Source of the DNA: Pseudomonadota bacterium
GTDB taxonomy: Bacteria > Pseudomonadota > Gammaproteobacteria > Burkholderiales > JALYOK01
NCBI GenBank assembly: GCA_031419835.1
Contig: JANOLP010000066.1
Coordinates: 1 to 58,472, forward strand
Reading direction: 5' to 3'
Length of the DNA stretch: 58,472 nucleotides
Position 1 is the first letter of the stretch. Each line of letters begins with the position of its first letter. The notes beneath the pieces are model-generated. The model ran no database searches and was not told the origin of the DNA. It saw only the letters and a program-made list of their open reading frames with translations. Positions 21,171 through 31,350 of this stretch are shown here, piece by piece. The translations under genes and the position numbers were made by a program.

Positions 21171-21925
21171 CAGTGACGAAGCTTATACCCAGAGCGAATC
21201 ATCAAGAACGTAGCGAATGATAAGGCCAGGAAGGTCACGCCGACAACCGCGAGGCTGATCCAAGGCGAAATATCCGATTGGCCGAAGAATCCGTAGCGAA
21301 AGCCGTCGATCGTGTAGAAAAACGGATTGAGGTGCGATAGTTTCTGCCAAAATTCGGGCAGACTGTGTATCGAATAAAACACGCCGCTTAAAAATGTCAG
21401 CGGCAAGATCACGAAATTTTGGAACGACGCCATTTGATCGAATTTGTCGGCCCAAATGCCGGCGACAATACCGAGCGCCGCGACCATGGCCGAGCCGAGT
21501 AAGCCGAAAATCAAAATCCAGAAAATCGAGTAGAGCGGCACCGGCGTGAAAAACCACGCGGCGATGTAAACGCCGACGCCGACCATCAGGCCGCGCACTA
21601 CGGCGGCGGCGAGATACGCCGAGAAAAATTCGAAATGCGAGAGCGGGCCCAGCAACACGAAAATAATATTGCCGGTGACTTTGGATTGAATCAGGCTCGA
21701 CGAGCTATTGGCGAACGCGTTTTGCAGCATCGTCATCATCACCAGACCGGGCACGAGGAACGTTGTGTAGCTGATGCCGTGAAAAATTTCCACTTGCTTC
21801 GACAAGACGTGGGAGAAGATCAACAAGTAAAGCAGCGTGGTGACGAGCGGCGCGGCGACGGTCTGAAACGCGACCTTCCAGAAGCGTAGAATTTCTTTGT
21901 AGAAGAGAGTGTAGAAGCCGCGCAT
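21170..21925 (-). CDS. yadH: ABC-2 type permease (YadH-like)
   Basis: KEILRFWKV, FLVPGL, NAFANSSSS, PLTFLSGVFYS, NPFFY.IDGFRYG. Confidence 0.9.
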   Translation of the reverse strand: MRGFYTLFYKEILRFWKVAFQTVAAPLVTTLLYLLIFSHVLSKQVEIFHGISYTTFLVPGLVMMTMLQNAFANSSSSLIQSKVTGNIIFVLLGPLSHFEFFSAYLAAAVVRGLMVGVGVYIAAWFFTPVPLYSIFWILIFGLLGSAMVAALGIVAGIWADKFDQMASFQNFVILPLTFLSGVFYSIHSLPEFWQKLSHLNPFFYTIDGFRYGFFGQSDISPWISLAVVGVTFLALSFATFLMIRSGYKLRH

Positions 21926-21956
21926 GTCTAAGTCACGATCGCAGCAACCCCGTTAC

Positions 21957-22029
21957 GTCGTCCCCGCGAAGGCGGGGACCCAGCGTCGTTCGCATTAAGA
22001 CACTGGATTCCCGCCTTCGCGGGAATGAC
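21957..22029. repeat. Family 2 inverted repeat pair
   Basis: Arms identical to those at 5761-5834. Confidence 0.9.
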
Positions 22030-22072
22030 GAATCGGAAGTTTTGGCGGCATCGATTCATTTTAGCTTTGGGA

Positions 22073-22978
22073 TCAAGACTGCTTACTCATAATCGAAACA
22101 AACACATCTTCCAAATCGGGCTTCGAAAGCTCCATTTCCTTAATGATCGCGCCGGACGCGCGAATCTGGCCGAGCAAGGGCTCGAGGCCGGCGTAATCCG
22201 GCAATTGCAGGCGATACTTTCCTTTGTCCTCACTCACCACCATGGCGCGTGCTTCCGGCGGCAATTCGCCACCTTCTAAACGCAAGGTGACATATTTATC
22301 TTGAAAACGATTCAGCAAATTTTCCGTGGTATCGAGCGCGACGACCTCGCCTTGCTTCAACATCGCGACGCGCGAACAAAGCTCTTCGGCTTCTTCCAGG
22401 TAATGCGTGGTCAGCAAAATCGTGTGGCCTTCGCGATTCAGGCGGCGAATGAAGGCCCACAGCGTTTGGCGCAATTCGACATCGACGCCCGCCGTCGGCT
22501 CATCGAGCACGATCACCGGCGGTTTATGCACCAACGCTTGGCCCACCAGCACGCGCCGCTTCATGCCACCGGATAGCGAGCGCATGTTGGCGTTTGCTTT
22601 ATCGCTCAGATGTAGGTGATGCAGTAATTCATCGATCCATTCGTCGTTGTGGCCCAGCCCGAAATAACCGGATTGAAAACGCAAGGTCTCGCGCACCGTG
22701 AAAAACGGATCGAATACTAATTCTTGCGGAACAACGCCGAGATGCCGGCGCGCGTTGCGGTAGTCGCTGGTGACGTCATGACCCATGACTTTAAGCGAGC
22801 CGGAATCGGGCCGCGCCAGGCCCGCGAGCGCGCTGATCAGCGTGGTTTTACCCGCGCCATTCGGACCGAGCAGAGCAAAAAATTCGCCTTCGTCGACGCG
22901 TAAATCGACACCGCGCAAGGCATGCACCTTACCGTAATGTTTTTGAACCGATTGGACGTCGACTGCGGCGGAACTCAA
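22073..22978 (-). CDS. yadG: ABC transporter ATP-binding protein (YadG-like)
   Basis: [26 protein letters not shown]. Confidence 0.9.
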   Translation of the reverse strand: MSSAAVDVQSVQKHYGKVHALRGVDLRVDEGEFFALLGPNGAGKTTLISALAGLARPDSGSLKVMGHDVTSDYRNARRHLGVVPQELVFDPFFTVRETLRFQSGYFGLGHNDEWIDELLHHLHLSDKANANMRSLSGGMKRRVLVGQALVHKPPVIVLDEPTAGVDVELRQTLWAFIRRLNREGHTILLTTHYLEEAEELCSRVAMLKQGEVVALDTTENLLNRFQDKYVTLRLEGGELPPEARAMVVSEDKGKYRLQLPDYAGLEPLLGQIRASGAIIKEMELSKPDLEDVFVSIMSKQS

Positions 22979-23259
22979 GGTGTGGCTGCGATAAGTTCCG
23001 TTACACCGTAAAGGTCGGCCAAGGTTTTAAGGCTTGCGGGAAGATTGGAAACGGTCACGCGCTTTCCGGCGGATTCCGCGGCACGGCGATATTCGAGGAT
23101 GAGCGCGAGGGCGGATGAATCTAATTCGGTGGCGGCAGAAAAATCCACCGTCACGTCGCTCGCAACGCAGTATCCACGGCCATCTTCGAACAATTGGCGG
23201 GCGCTGTCGATGACGACGGCGTCTGCGATTTTCAAACGATTATTTTCAAACGTCAGCAC
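22975..23259 (-). CDS. mlaB: STAS-domain protein MlaB
   Basis: DSSALAL...LADLYGV; position in the mla operon. Confidence 0.9.
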   Translation of the reverse strand: MLTFENNRLKIADAVVIDSARQLFEDGRGYCVASDVTVDFSAATELDSSALALILEYRRAAESAGKRVTVSNLPASLKTLADLYGVTELIAATP

Positions 23260-23261
23260 TA

Positions 23262-23879
23262 TTATTTATTCGCTTCGGCTTCTCTATTGCGTTCAGCCAG
23301 CGTTTTGATCAAGCCGTCGACACCGTTTTTGCGTACTTGATCGTTAAAGGTGCTGCGGTAGTTTTCCACCAAGCTCACGCCCTCGACGGTAATGTTAAAC
23401 ACCTTCCAGCCGGCGGGAATTTTGTACATCAGATAATCGACTGTCACGGGTTCGCGACCACTCTGAATGAATAGGCTTTTGACGGTAGCGTCTTTCGCAT
23501 CGGGCTCAAGCTTTGTCGGCTTGATTTCGATTTTTTGATCACGATATTGCGACAGCGAAACCGCATAGGTTCGCACTAACAAGGAACGAAATTCTTTGAT
23601 GATCGCTTCCTGTTGTTCCGGCGTGGCTTGGCGCCAATTTTTGCCCATCGCGAGTTGGCTCATGCGACGAAAATCAAAATGCGTCAGCACTTTTTCTTCC
23701 ACCAGCGCATAAATTTTAGCGCGATCGCCGGCTTGGATGTCTTTGTCCTGTTTGATGACAGTGATGACTTCCTGAGTGGTGTTCTTGACGAGTTCATCTG
23801 GCCCCATATCCGCCGCGCGAACCTGTGTGGCCAACAAGACCAACAACGAGATGGACATCCATTTTACGAATTGAATCAC
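23262..23879 (-). CDS. mlaC: Phospholipid-binding periplasmic protein MlaC
   Basis: FDF.RMSQLAMGKNW, WKVFNITVEGVSLV.NYR. Confidence 0.95.
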   Translation of the reverse strand: MIQFVKWMSISLLVLLATQVRAADMGPDELVKNTTQEVITVIKQDKDIQAGDRAKIYALVEEKVLTHFDFRRMSQLAMGKNWRQATPEQQEAIIKEFRSLLVRTYAVSLSQYRDQKIEIKPTKLEPDAKDATVKSLFIQSGREPVTVDYLMYKIPAGWKVFNITVEGVSLVENYRSTFNDQVRKNGVDGLIKTLAERNREAEANK

Positions 23880-23984
23880 GGTTTCCTTCCTTTTCTTAAG
23901 CGGGGATGCGCCCCTAACAGCTTCAACGGTGTAGCAACGCCGAAGTTTACGAGCCTACTGAAAAATATTCTCAACTAATTGAAA

Positions 23985-24464
23985 TCACTCTTCTTTTGGT
24001 TTGGTTGGCGTTTCTTGTGCTTTGCTAAATAAGAACTGCGAAATAAGTTTCTCGAGCACGATCGCTGACTGCGTGAGTTTGACGACGTCACCTTGCTTTA
24101 GATTGTCGTCCGCGCCGCCCGCTTCCAGCCCGACATAATTTTCGCCGAGAATGCCGGAGGTGAGTACCGAGGCGGTGGTATCCGTCGGGAATTTGAATTT
24201 GCTGTCCATCGACAGCGTAACTTCTGCGTCAAATTTTTTCGAATCGAAGCGAACGCCGGTCACGCGGCCAACGACAACGCCGGAACTGCGCACCGGCGCT
24301 TGTTCTTTCAAGCCGCCGATGTTATCAAAATGCGCTTTAACGACGTAAACATCCTTCGGGCTATAGGCGCCGAAATTGCCGACCTTTAGTGCCAACATCA
24401 TCAGCGCAATAAATCCCGCGACGACGAACAATCCGACCCACAAATCAACGGCTCTACGTTCCAT
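23985..24464 (-). CDS. mlaD: MCE-domain protein MlaD
   Basis: FDNIGGLK..APV, TSGILGENY, TQSAIVLE. Confidence 0.95.
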   Translation of the reverse strand: MERRAVDLWVGLFVVAGFIALMMLALKVGNFGAYSPKDVYVVKAHFDNIGGLKEQAPVRSSGVVVGRVTGVRFDSKKFDAEVTLSMDSKFKFPTDTTASVLTSGILGENYVGLEAGGADDNLKQGDVVKLTQSAIVLEKLISQFLFSKAQETPTKPKEE

Positions 24465-25262
24465 TTAGTTCCATCCTCGCATCATGAATGCGGTCAACAT
24501 TAAATCCAACGCCAAAATGACTAGCGACGACGTCACCACCGTTCGCGCAGTTGCCCCGGAGACGCCTTCGGCCGTCGGTGCAGCGTCGAAGCCTTCGTAC
24601 GTTGCAATCGCGGTAACGGCCACGCCGAATACAAAGCTTTTGATCAAGCTATTGACGATATCATAACGAAAGTCGACCGCCGCTTGCATCTGCGACCAAA
24701 ATGCGCCGACGTCGACACCGATTAATACGACGCCAATCAAATAGGCGCCGAAAATGCCCATCGCGCTAAAAATCGTCGCCAAAATGGGCATCGAAATCAC
24801 GCCGCCCCAAAAATGCGGTGCGACCACGCGCCCGATGGGATTGACCGCCATGATGTCCATCGCCGAGAGTTGCTCGGTCGCTTTCATTAGGCCGATTTCC
24901 GCCGTGATTGCTGAACCAGCGCGGCTGGCGAACAATAGGCCGGATACGACTGGGCCGAGTTCACGCAATAATGAAAGCGCCACCAAAACGCCCAATTTTT
25001 CCTCGGAGCCGTAGACTTGCAAAGTCTCATAACCCTGCAACGCCAACACCATGCCGACAAATAATCCCGACACAACAATAATGATGGTCGACAATACGCC
25101 GGAAAAAAATATCTTGCGGATCGTTAAACCAAAGCGGCGAAAGCTCAAGCCCGAGTGGAACAAAATCAAAAACAAAAACCGCGTACCCGAACCGATGCGC
25201 CATACTGCATTAATCGTTTTTGCGCCGATTAAGCGAAACCAATCGAGCAAACCATCAACCAT
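24465..25262 (-). CDS. mlaE: Lipid asymmetry permease MlaE
   Basis: LLRELGPV, GSAITAEIGLMKATEQ. Confidence 0.97.
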   Translation of the reverse strand: MVDGLLDWFRLIGAKTINAVWRIGSGTRFLFLILFHSGLSFRRFGLTIRKIFFSGVLSTIIIVVSGLFVGMVLALQGYETLQVYGSEEKLGVLVALSLLRELGPVVSGLLFASRAGSAITAEIGLMKATEQLSAMDIMAVNPIGRVVAPHFWGGVISMPILATIFSAMGIFGAYLIGVVLIGVDVGAFWSQMQAAVDFRYDIVNSLIKSFVFGVAVTAIATYEGFDAAPTAEGVSGATARTVVTSSLVILALDLMLTAFMMRGWN

Positions 25263-26067
25263 GAGCTGCTTTCAAACCAAGATCGTCAGCGTAATTCTTG
25301 CCAGGATAGTGAAACGGCGAAGGGCCATCCGGTTCGCCGTGGAAAAACTGATGCACCAGCGGGTCGCTCGAATCAAGCAATTCTTGCGGCGAGCCCTGCG
25401 CGACGATCTGCCCTTTCGCCGTTAAATAAATGTAATCGATGATTTTCACCGATTCCTGAATATCGTGAGTCACTACCACTGACGTCGCACCGAGCGCATC
25501 ATTTAAACGGCGAATCAGATTGCCGATGACGCCAAGTGAAATCGGATCGAGCCCGGTGAATGGTTCGTCGTACATAATCAAACTCGGATCCAGCGCAATC
25601 GCCCGGGCCAGTGCCACGCGCCGCGCCATGCCGCCGGAAAGTTCGTTCGGCATCAGTTCGTGTGCGCCGCGCAAACCAACCGCGTGCAATTTCATCAACA
25701 CCAAATCGCGAATAATCGATTCCGGCAAATCGGTCTGCTCGCGTAGCGGAAACGCGACGTTATCGAATACGGAAATATCAGTGAACAGCGCGCCAAACTG
25801 AAACAACATGCCCATCTTGCGGCGTACCCGATACAAGCCATTGTGATCGAGCTCGTGAACGATTTCGCCATCGACTTTGACACCACCACGTAAGGGTTTT
25901 AATTGACCGGCAATAAGCTTAAGCAGCGTTGTTTTACCACTGCCGCTACCGCCCATAATCGCAACGACCTTGCCGCGGGGAATGCGAAGATTGATGCCCT
26001 TCAGTATCGGGCGCGCGCCGTAAGCGAAATGCAACTCGGCGATTTCAACTAGATTATCTTCAGACAA
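25255..26067 (-). CDS. mlaF: Lipid asymmetry ABC ATPase MlaF
   Basis: GGSGSGKTT, LFQFGALFTD, LSGGMARR, YDEPFTGLDP. Confidence 0.95.
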   Translation of the reverse strand: MSEDNLVEIAELHFAYGARPILKGINLRIPRGKVVAIMGGSGSGKTTLLKLIAGQLKPLRGGVKVDGEIVHELDHNGLYRVRRKMGMLFQFGALFTDISVFDNVAFPLREQTDLPESIIRDLVLMKLHAVGLRGAHELMPNELSGGMARRVALARAIALDPSLIMYDEPFTGLDPISLGVIGNLIRRLNDALGATSVVVTHDIQESVKIIDYIYLTAKGQIVAQGSPQELLDSSDPLVHQFFHGEPDGPSPFHYPGKNYADDLGLKAAHG

Positions 26068-26180
26068 GCGATTAGTTGGATTGGGAATTCGCGGTAGTGT
26101 AAACGAATTGCTGCACCCGGGCTATGAACACCGTTCGTTACCGACGATTGCCCTTTATTGGTGGGACATCTCGTGTGCCT

Positions 26181-26202
26181 TGCCAAATAGCTAGATTTGG
26201 CA
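26181..26202. promoter_or_regulatory. Dyad element in the divergent mlaF / pilus-locus promoter region
   Basis: TGCCAAAT-AGCTAG-ATTTGGCA, 8-bp perfect arms. Confidence 0.4.
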
Positions 26203-26219
26203 TAAGCTTCACAACCTAA

Positions 26220-26960
26220 ATGTCTGACGCTGCGATTTATTTTTCAAGTATAACGAAACGCTACGGTACGGCCGTCGCGCTCGATCGTTTTTCTCTGCGG
26301 ATTGCGGAAGGGGAATGTATTGCCCTTGCCGGCGTGAATGGCGCGGGGAAAACGACCTTGCTGAAATGTTTGCTAGATTTGCTTGCGCTGGATAGCGGCG
26401 CGATTGAAATTTTTGGCGTGAGTCATACCGACACTATCGCGCGCTCACCCGTTGCCTTTCTCCCCGAACGATTTGTCCCGCCCTATTATTTAACCGGGCG
26501 GGATTTCCTCACTTATATGGCCAAACTCGATGGCGGCGCGTTCGACGAAGCGCTCGTCATCGATCGATTTCGCGCGCTCGATCTGGATATTAATGCGCTG
26601 GACAAGCCGGTTCGATCCTTGTCAAAAGGCATGACGCAAAAATTGGGGCTTGCAGCCTGTTTGTTGAGCAACAAGCGCCTGCTTATTCTGGACGAGCCAT
26701 TGAGCGGGCTCGATCCGCGCGCGCGTGCCCGCGTTAAAGCGCAAATTATGGAACTCAAGCGCGACGGCAAAACCATTTTCTTTACCTCCCACGCCTTGGC
26801 CGACATCGAAGAGTTGGCGGACACCATGGCCGTTTTGCACAACAGCCAATTGAAATTTCATGGTACTCCCGGCGCGCTAAGGGCGAAGTATTCCGAGGCC
26901 GACGCGATCGATCTGGAAACGGCCTTTCTACGCTGCATCGAGGAGCCCGCGCTGGAATAA
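26220..26960 (+). CDS. ABC transporter ATP-binding protein of the pilus locus (Myxococcus PilH-like)
   Basis: GVNGAGKTT, FLPE, LSKGMTQK, LDEPLSGLDP, TSH; first gene of the pilus operon. Confidence 0.85.
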   Translation: MSDAAIYFSSITKRYGTAVALDRFSLRIAEGECIALAGVNGAGKTTLLKCLLDLLALDSGAIEIFGVSHTDTIARSPVAFLPERFVPPYYLTGRDFLTYMAKLDGGAFDEALVIDRFRALDLDINALDKPVRSLSKGMTQKLGLAACLLSNKRLLILDEPLSGLDPRARARVKAQIMELKRDGKTIFFTSHALADIEELADTMAVLHNSQLKFHGTPGALRAKYSEADAIDLETAFLRCIEEPALE

Positions 26961-26966
26961 GACATC

Positions 26967-28394
26967 ATGAGCGATATTAAACCGCGCTTGCTGCTGGTGG
27001 ACGACGATCCACTAATTTCCGACACCCTCAATTTTGTGTTGAGCCGTGATTTTGACGTGCACGTGGCCGGTTCCCGTGCTGAAGCGATCGGTTGGTTGCG
27101 AACGACTTCGGATATTCCCGATCTTGCGCTGGTCGATCTCGGCCTGCCGCCGACGCCGCAATTACCTATCGAAGGATTTCAACTAATCGCCGAATTGCTT
27201 GCCCATGCGCCAGCGATTCGTATCTTAGTGTTGTCAGGGCAAAATGAAGAATCGAATGCGCGTCGTGCGCGCGCGCTCGGCGCGGTCGATTTGGTGCCCA
27301 AGCCATGTGAACCGGAACATCTCAAGACACTGCTAAAAAATGCGCTACGACTAAATAGTGCAGATTTGAACGATGCCCGCGACGCTAAAGATGGCCCCGG
27401 CAAAATCATTGGCGAAAGTGCGCCAATTCAAAAACTTCGAAGCCAACTCGCGCTTTACGCTGGCTCGATTCATCCGGTGTTGATTGAGGGCGAATCGGGT
27501 AGCGGCAAAGAACGTGTCGCGGCGTCACTGCATCACCTAAGCCCACGTGCGCCGCAACCTTACTTCGCGTTGAATTGTGCAGCGATTTCGCCGACATTGG
27601 TCGAGCCTACGTTGTTTGGCTACAGCAAAGGATCGTTTACCGGCGCGGTCGGTGCAAAGTCTGGTTATTTCGAAGACGCCGGCTCGGGCACATTATTTCT
27701 CGACGAAATTGGCGAATTGCCGATCGAGTTGCAGGCAAAATTATTGCGTGTGCTTGAGAATGGCGAGTTTCAGCGCGTCGGCGAGACGCAGACGCGAGTG
27801 AGTAAAGCACGCGTCATCGCCGCAACCAATCGCGATCTACGCAAAGAAATTAAAGCCGGGCGTTTCCGCGCGGATTTGTACCATCGCCTGAGCGTCTTTA
27901 GCATTAGCGTGCCGCCGCTGCGCGAGTTAGGAAATGATCGCGTTCTGTTGTTGGATCATTTCCGCAAATTATTTGCGCGCCAGCATACAAGCGTGCCGTT
28001 CTCGCTGAGCGCCGAGGCGTTGGTTCGATGGCTACGTTACGACTTTCCCGGCAACGTGCGCGAGCTGAAAAATATCGTCATTCGGTTGTCGGCGAAATAC
28101 GCCGGCCATGAGTTGGAGTCGGAGGAGATCGAGGCGGAATTCGATTTAGAATCCGACACCGAGCGCGCCCAAAGCAACGAGCCGCAGTCGCTGTTGGAAT
28201 CGGCCAAACGCCGCTTGCAGAAAGAAAAGAACTTCAACTTAGACGACACGCTGCGCGAGACCGAACAAGCATTCGTAGAAGCCGCGCTGGCGCTGGCCCA
28301 CGGCAATGTCAGCAACGCGGCGAAATTGCTTGGCATCAACCGAACCACGCTGTATAGCCGCATGGATGTCTTTGGAAAGGCGGTGTCAAAATGA
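26967..28394 (+). CDS. Sigma54-dependent response regulator (receiver, AAA+, Fis HTH)
   Basis: LLVDDD, DLGLPP, GESGSGKE, GSFTGA, LFLDEIGEL, FPGNVREL, AAKLLGINRTTLY. Confidence 0.95.
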   Translation: MSDIKPRLLLVDDDPLISDTLNFVLSRDFDVHVAGSRAEAIGWLRTTSDIPDLALVDLGLPPTPQLPIEGFQLIAELLAHAPAIRILVLSGQNEESNARRARALGAVDLVPKPCEPEHLKTLLKNALRLNSADLNDARDAKDGPGKIIGESAPIQKLRSQLALYAGSIHPVLIEGESGSGKERVAASLHHLSPRAPQPYFALNCAAISPTLVEPTLFGYSKGSFTGAVGAKSGYFEDAGSGTLFLDEIGELPIELQAKLLRVLENGEFQRVGETQTRVSKARVIAATNRDLRKEIKAGRFRADLYHRLSVFSISVPPLRELGNDRVLLLDHFRKLFARQHTSVPFSLSAEALVRWLRYDFPGNVRELKNIVIRLSAKYAGHELESEEIEAEFDLESDTERAQSNEPQSLLESAKRRLQKEKNFNLDDTLRETEQAFVEAALALAHGNVSNAAKLLGINRTTLYSRMDVFGKAVSK

Positions 28395-29341
28395 TGTATC
28401 TCGAACATTTTGGTTTAGCGCAAGCGCCGTTCAAGATCACGCCGCATACAGAATTTTTTTTCTCGGGCGCCAATCGCGGCGCGACGCTCGACGCGTTGAT
28501 TTATGCGATTCGCGCCGGCGAAGGCTTGGTAAAAGTTACCGGCGAAGTGGGCGCAGGCAAAACCATGCTTTGCCGGGTTTTAATCGAGAAATTACCCGCT
28601 AACGTCGAGACGATTTACCTCGCAATTCCGAGCCTGACACGCGACGAAATCTTACAAGCCATTGCTGCAGATTTAAAGCTGAAAACCAAAACGCTTAACA
28701 CCGCCGGCGTTCTGGAAAAAATTCAAGCAAACCTGATCAAGCTTCATGGACAGGGCCGCCAAGTGGTGGTGTTGATCGACGAAGCACATGCAATGCCGCT
28801 AGAAACGCTGGAAGAATTGCGCTTGTTATCGAACCTGGAAACCAATCGCGATAAGCTTTTACAGATCGTGCTGTTTGGTCAGCCGGAACTCGATCAACAT
28901 TTGGCGAAGCCGCACATGCGCCAAGTAAAAGAGCGCATCACTCATAGTTTTTTTCTGCGTCCGATGCCAAAGAAAGATATCGGCGACTATCTCAATTTTC
29001 GTTTGCGCGCAGCGGGCTATCACGGCCCGGACGTATTCACTGAGCGCTGTATCTCGATGATCACATCGGTATCCGAAGGGCTGACCCGCCGCATCAATAT
29101 CTTGGCCGATAAAACCTTGCTCGCGGCCTATGCCGATGGCACCTACACGGTCGAGCCGCGCCACGTTACTGCGGCAATTGAAGACAGCGATTTCAGCCGT
29201 CCGCGCTGGTGGTCGCGGGCGTTGGCGTGGGTGCTCGGTGGTAGCGTTGCGGCGGCGGCCTTGGCGTTTTCGGTCTGGGCTATTTCGCCGCTGCATGACA
29301 CCCCACCACTTGAGCAGACCGCCGCGAAAACGGCACGATAA
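28391..29341 (+). CDS. mshM: ExeA/MshM-family AAA ATPase
   Basis: MYLEHFGL...PF.ITP, GEVGAGKT, IDEAH, LFGQPEL; C-terminal TM. Confidence 0.85.
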   Translation: MMYLEHFGLAQAPFKITPHTEFFFSGANRGATLDALIYAIRAGEGLVKVTGEVGAGKTMLCRVLIEKLPANVETIYLAIPSLTRDEILQAIAADLKLKTKTLNTAGVLEKIQANLIKLHGQGRQVVVLIDEAHAMPLETLEELRLLSNLETNRDKLLQIVLFGQPELDQHLAKPHMRQVKERITHSFFLRPMPKKDIGDYLNFRLRAAGYHGPDVFTERCISMITSVSEGLTRRINILADKTLLAAYADGTYTVEPRHVTAAIEDSDFSRPRWWSRALAWVLGGSVAAAALAFSVWAISPLHDTPPLEQTAAKTAR

Positions 29342-29362
29342 GGCGCGCACAGCAAAATATAA

Positions 29363-29442
29363 CATGTCCTGCGCGCCAATATTGGCGCGCATCTTCAGGC
29401 ATGTATCGTTGCGAGATAGTATCCGCGGACGTTTCCAGGCAG
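29363..29442. repeat. Family 1 repeat containing a perfect 20-bp palindrome
   Basis: GCGCGCCAATATTGGCGCGC (29371-29390); minus strand reads CATGCCTGAAGA..GCGC...TATTG...CAGG like the 48 kb copy. Confidence 0.65.
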
Positions 29443-29571
29443 CTCAGCCGAAAAAGAAACGGTGCCGTTTTTTCCTAAAAAATACATTCGAATTATCTCG
29501 CAGATCATTGAAACATATTAATTTAATAGTGATATACTTCAGCTCTAAATAGTCCTGATTACTTGGGCAAT

Positions 29572-31350
29572 ATGAACATACATCGGTCGATTTTTTGGCC
29601 AGCGCTGCTAACCGGAACATTGTCCGCCTGTGGTGTCGCGCCCATCGCACCGTCGCCGACCCACATCCAAGCGGACGCCCCGCGCAGCGGCACGATTCCC
29701 GCGCCGGTCAATCAAGTTTTGCTACCGCCACCGCCACGGCCGACACCAAAGGCCGAAAAATATACCGTCGTAGTTAACAACGTAAACGTTCAAGAGTTGT
29801 TAATTTCGCTCGCGCGCGACGCGAAAGTGAATGTCGATATTTCTCCGGACATCACTGGCCGCGTCACCTTAAACGCAATCGATCAAAGCCTGCCGCAAAT
29901 ATTAAGCCGGGTCGCGAAGCAAGTGGACATGCGCTACGAACTGGAAGGCCGCACCATATTGGTCATGCGCGATTCGCCATTTCTGCGCAACTACAAAATC
30001 GACTACGTCAACATGGCGCGCGACATGACCTCGCAAGTCGCAATTTCAACGCAAATCGCGACGACTGGTTCCGCGCTGGAGGGTGGCGAAGCAGGAAATA
30101 ATTCCACCACGAGCGTGACGAATACGTCGAGGAATCGGTTTTGGGAAACGCTGATACAAAACGTAAAGGATATTCTGAAGGAAACCGACAAAGTCTTGCC
30201 GGAAGGTAGCGCGGATGTTGTAACGGAACGGCGCCTCCAGCAAACCGCAAAGGGCAATGCGGCGACTTCCAGCGGAAAGAAAACTGCTAAGGGAATTGAA
30301 CCATTTGGCGGAATTTATAAGACCGAAAATGAGGGCGAAATCGAAGGTGCGGAAACGACGACAACGCGGCGCGTCACCTATCGCGAAGCGGCCTCCGTAA
30401 TCGCCAATGCCGAAACCGGCATCATCAGTATTCGTGCGACATCGCGCCAGCATGAAAAAATTCAGGAATTTCTCGATGCCGTAGTGGGTTCCGCGCGGCG
30501 CCAGGTACTGATCGAGGCAACGGTTGTTGAAGTGTTGCTCAATGAAAATTATCAGGCCGGCGTCGATTGGAGTCGGATCGCCAATGGCGGGAACGGCGTC
30601 AGCTTTAATCAAAATCTGGCGGCGGGACGGCTAGGGCAGGCACCGAATTTCATTATTGGCTATGCCAACGCGGCAGCGCGTTTCGGCGGAAATATCGCAG
30701 CATCAATTCGTTTGCTTGATTCTTTTGGTACGACGCGCGTGCTGTCGAGCCCGAAATTGATGGTTCTCAATAATCAAACCGCAATGCTGAAAGTTGTCGA
30801 TAATGTGGTGTATTTCAGCATCACCGCGTCCGTCACTGCGACTACACAAGGCGTGTCGGAAAAAACTTTCAGCACCACCGCGCATTCGGTGCCGGTCGGT
30901 TTTGTGATGAGCGTGCAGCCGCAGATCAGCGATACCGATAGCGTGCTCATCAACGTGCGGCCAACCATTTCGCGCATCACCAGTTTCGTTAACGATCCCA
31001 ATCCCGATCTCGCGACTGCCGGCGTGATTAGCCGTGTGCCGCAAATTCAAACCCGCGAAATGGAATCGATGCTGAAAATCTCCAACGGCCAAATCGCCGT
31101 GCTCGGCGGCTTGATGCAAGACAGCGTGCAGAAAAAACGCGATGGATTGCCCGGTGTTTCGCGAATCCCGATTGCTGGGGATGCGTTTAGTTTTCGCGAC
31201 GATGCAACGAGGAAAACTGAACTGGTGATTTTTCTGCGGCCGATCGTGGTGCATGATGCAAGTATCGATGGTGATCTGCGCAGCTACCGCGCGGCCTTGC
31301 CGAACAATGATTTTCTGCGCCGCACGCCGTCGCGACCGACGCCGCGATGA
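29572..31350 (+). CDS. mshL: Lipoprotein secretin, MshL-like
   Basis: Lipobox LSAC, STN region, QVLIEATVVEV.L, GVDW, VLSSPKL, GGLMQD, ELVIFLRP. Confidence 0.9.
   Translation: MNIHRSIFWPALLTGTLSACGVAPIAPSPTHIQADAPRSGTIPAPVNQVLLPPPPRPTPKAEKYTVVVNNVNVQELLISLARDAKVNVDISPDITGRVTLNAIDQSLPQILSRVAKQVDMRYELEGRTILVMRDSPFLRNYKIDYVNMARDMTSQVAISTQIATTGSALEGGEAGNNSTTSVTNTSRNRFWETLIQNVKDILKETDKVLPEGSADVVTERRLQQTAKGNAATSSGKKTAKGIEPFGGIYKTENEGEIEGAETTTTRRVTYREAASVIANAETGIISIRATSRQHEKIQEFLDAVVGSARRQVLIEATVVEVLLNENYQAGVDWSRIANGGNGVSFNQNLAAGRLGQAPNFIIGYANAAARFGGNIAASIRLLDSFGTTRVLSSPKLMVLNNQTAMLKVVDNVVYFSITASVTATTQGVSEKTFSTTAHSVPVGFVMSVQPQISDTDSVLINVRPTISRITSFVNDPNPDLATAGVISRVPQIQTREMESMLKISNGQIAVLGGLMQDSVQKKRDGLPGVSRIPIAGDAFSFRDDATRKTELVIFLRPIVVHDASIDGDLRSYRAALPNNDFLRRTPSRPTPR

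Noticed and set aside
26198-26212. TGGCAT... as a sigma54 promoter for the pilus operon
   Set aside because: The -12 TTGC element is missing (TCAC) and it is too close to the start codon.
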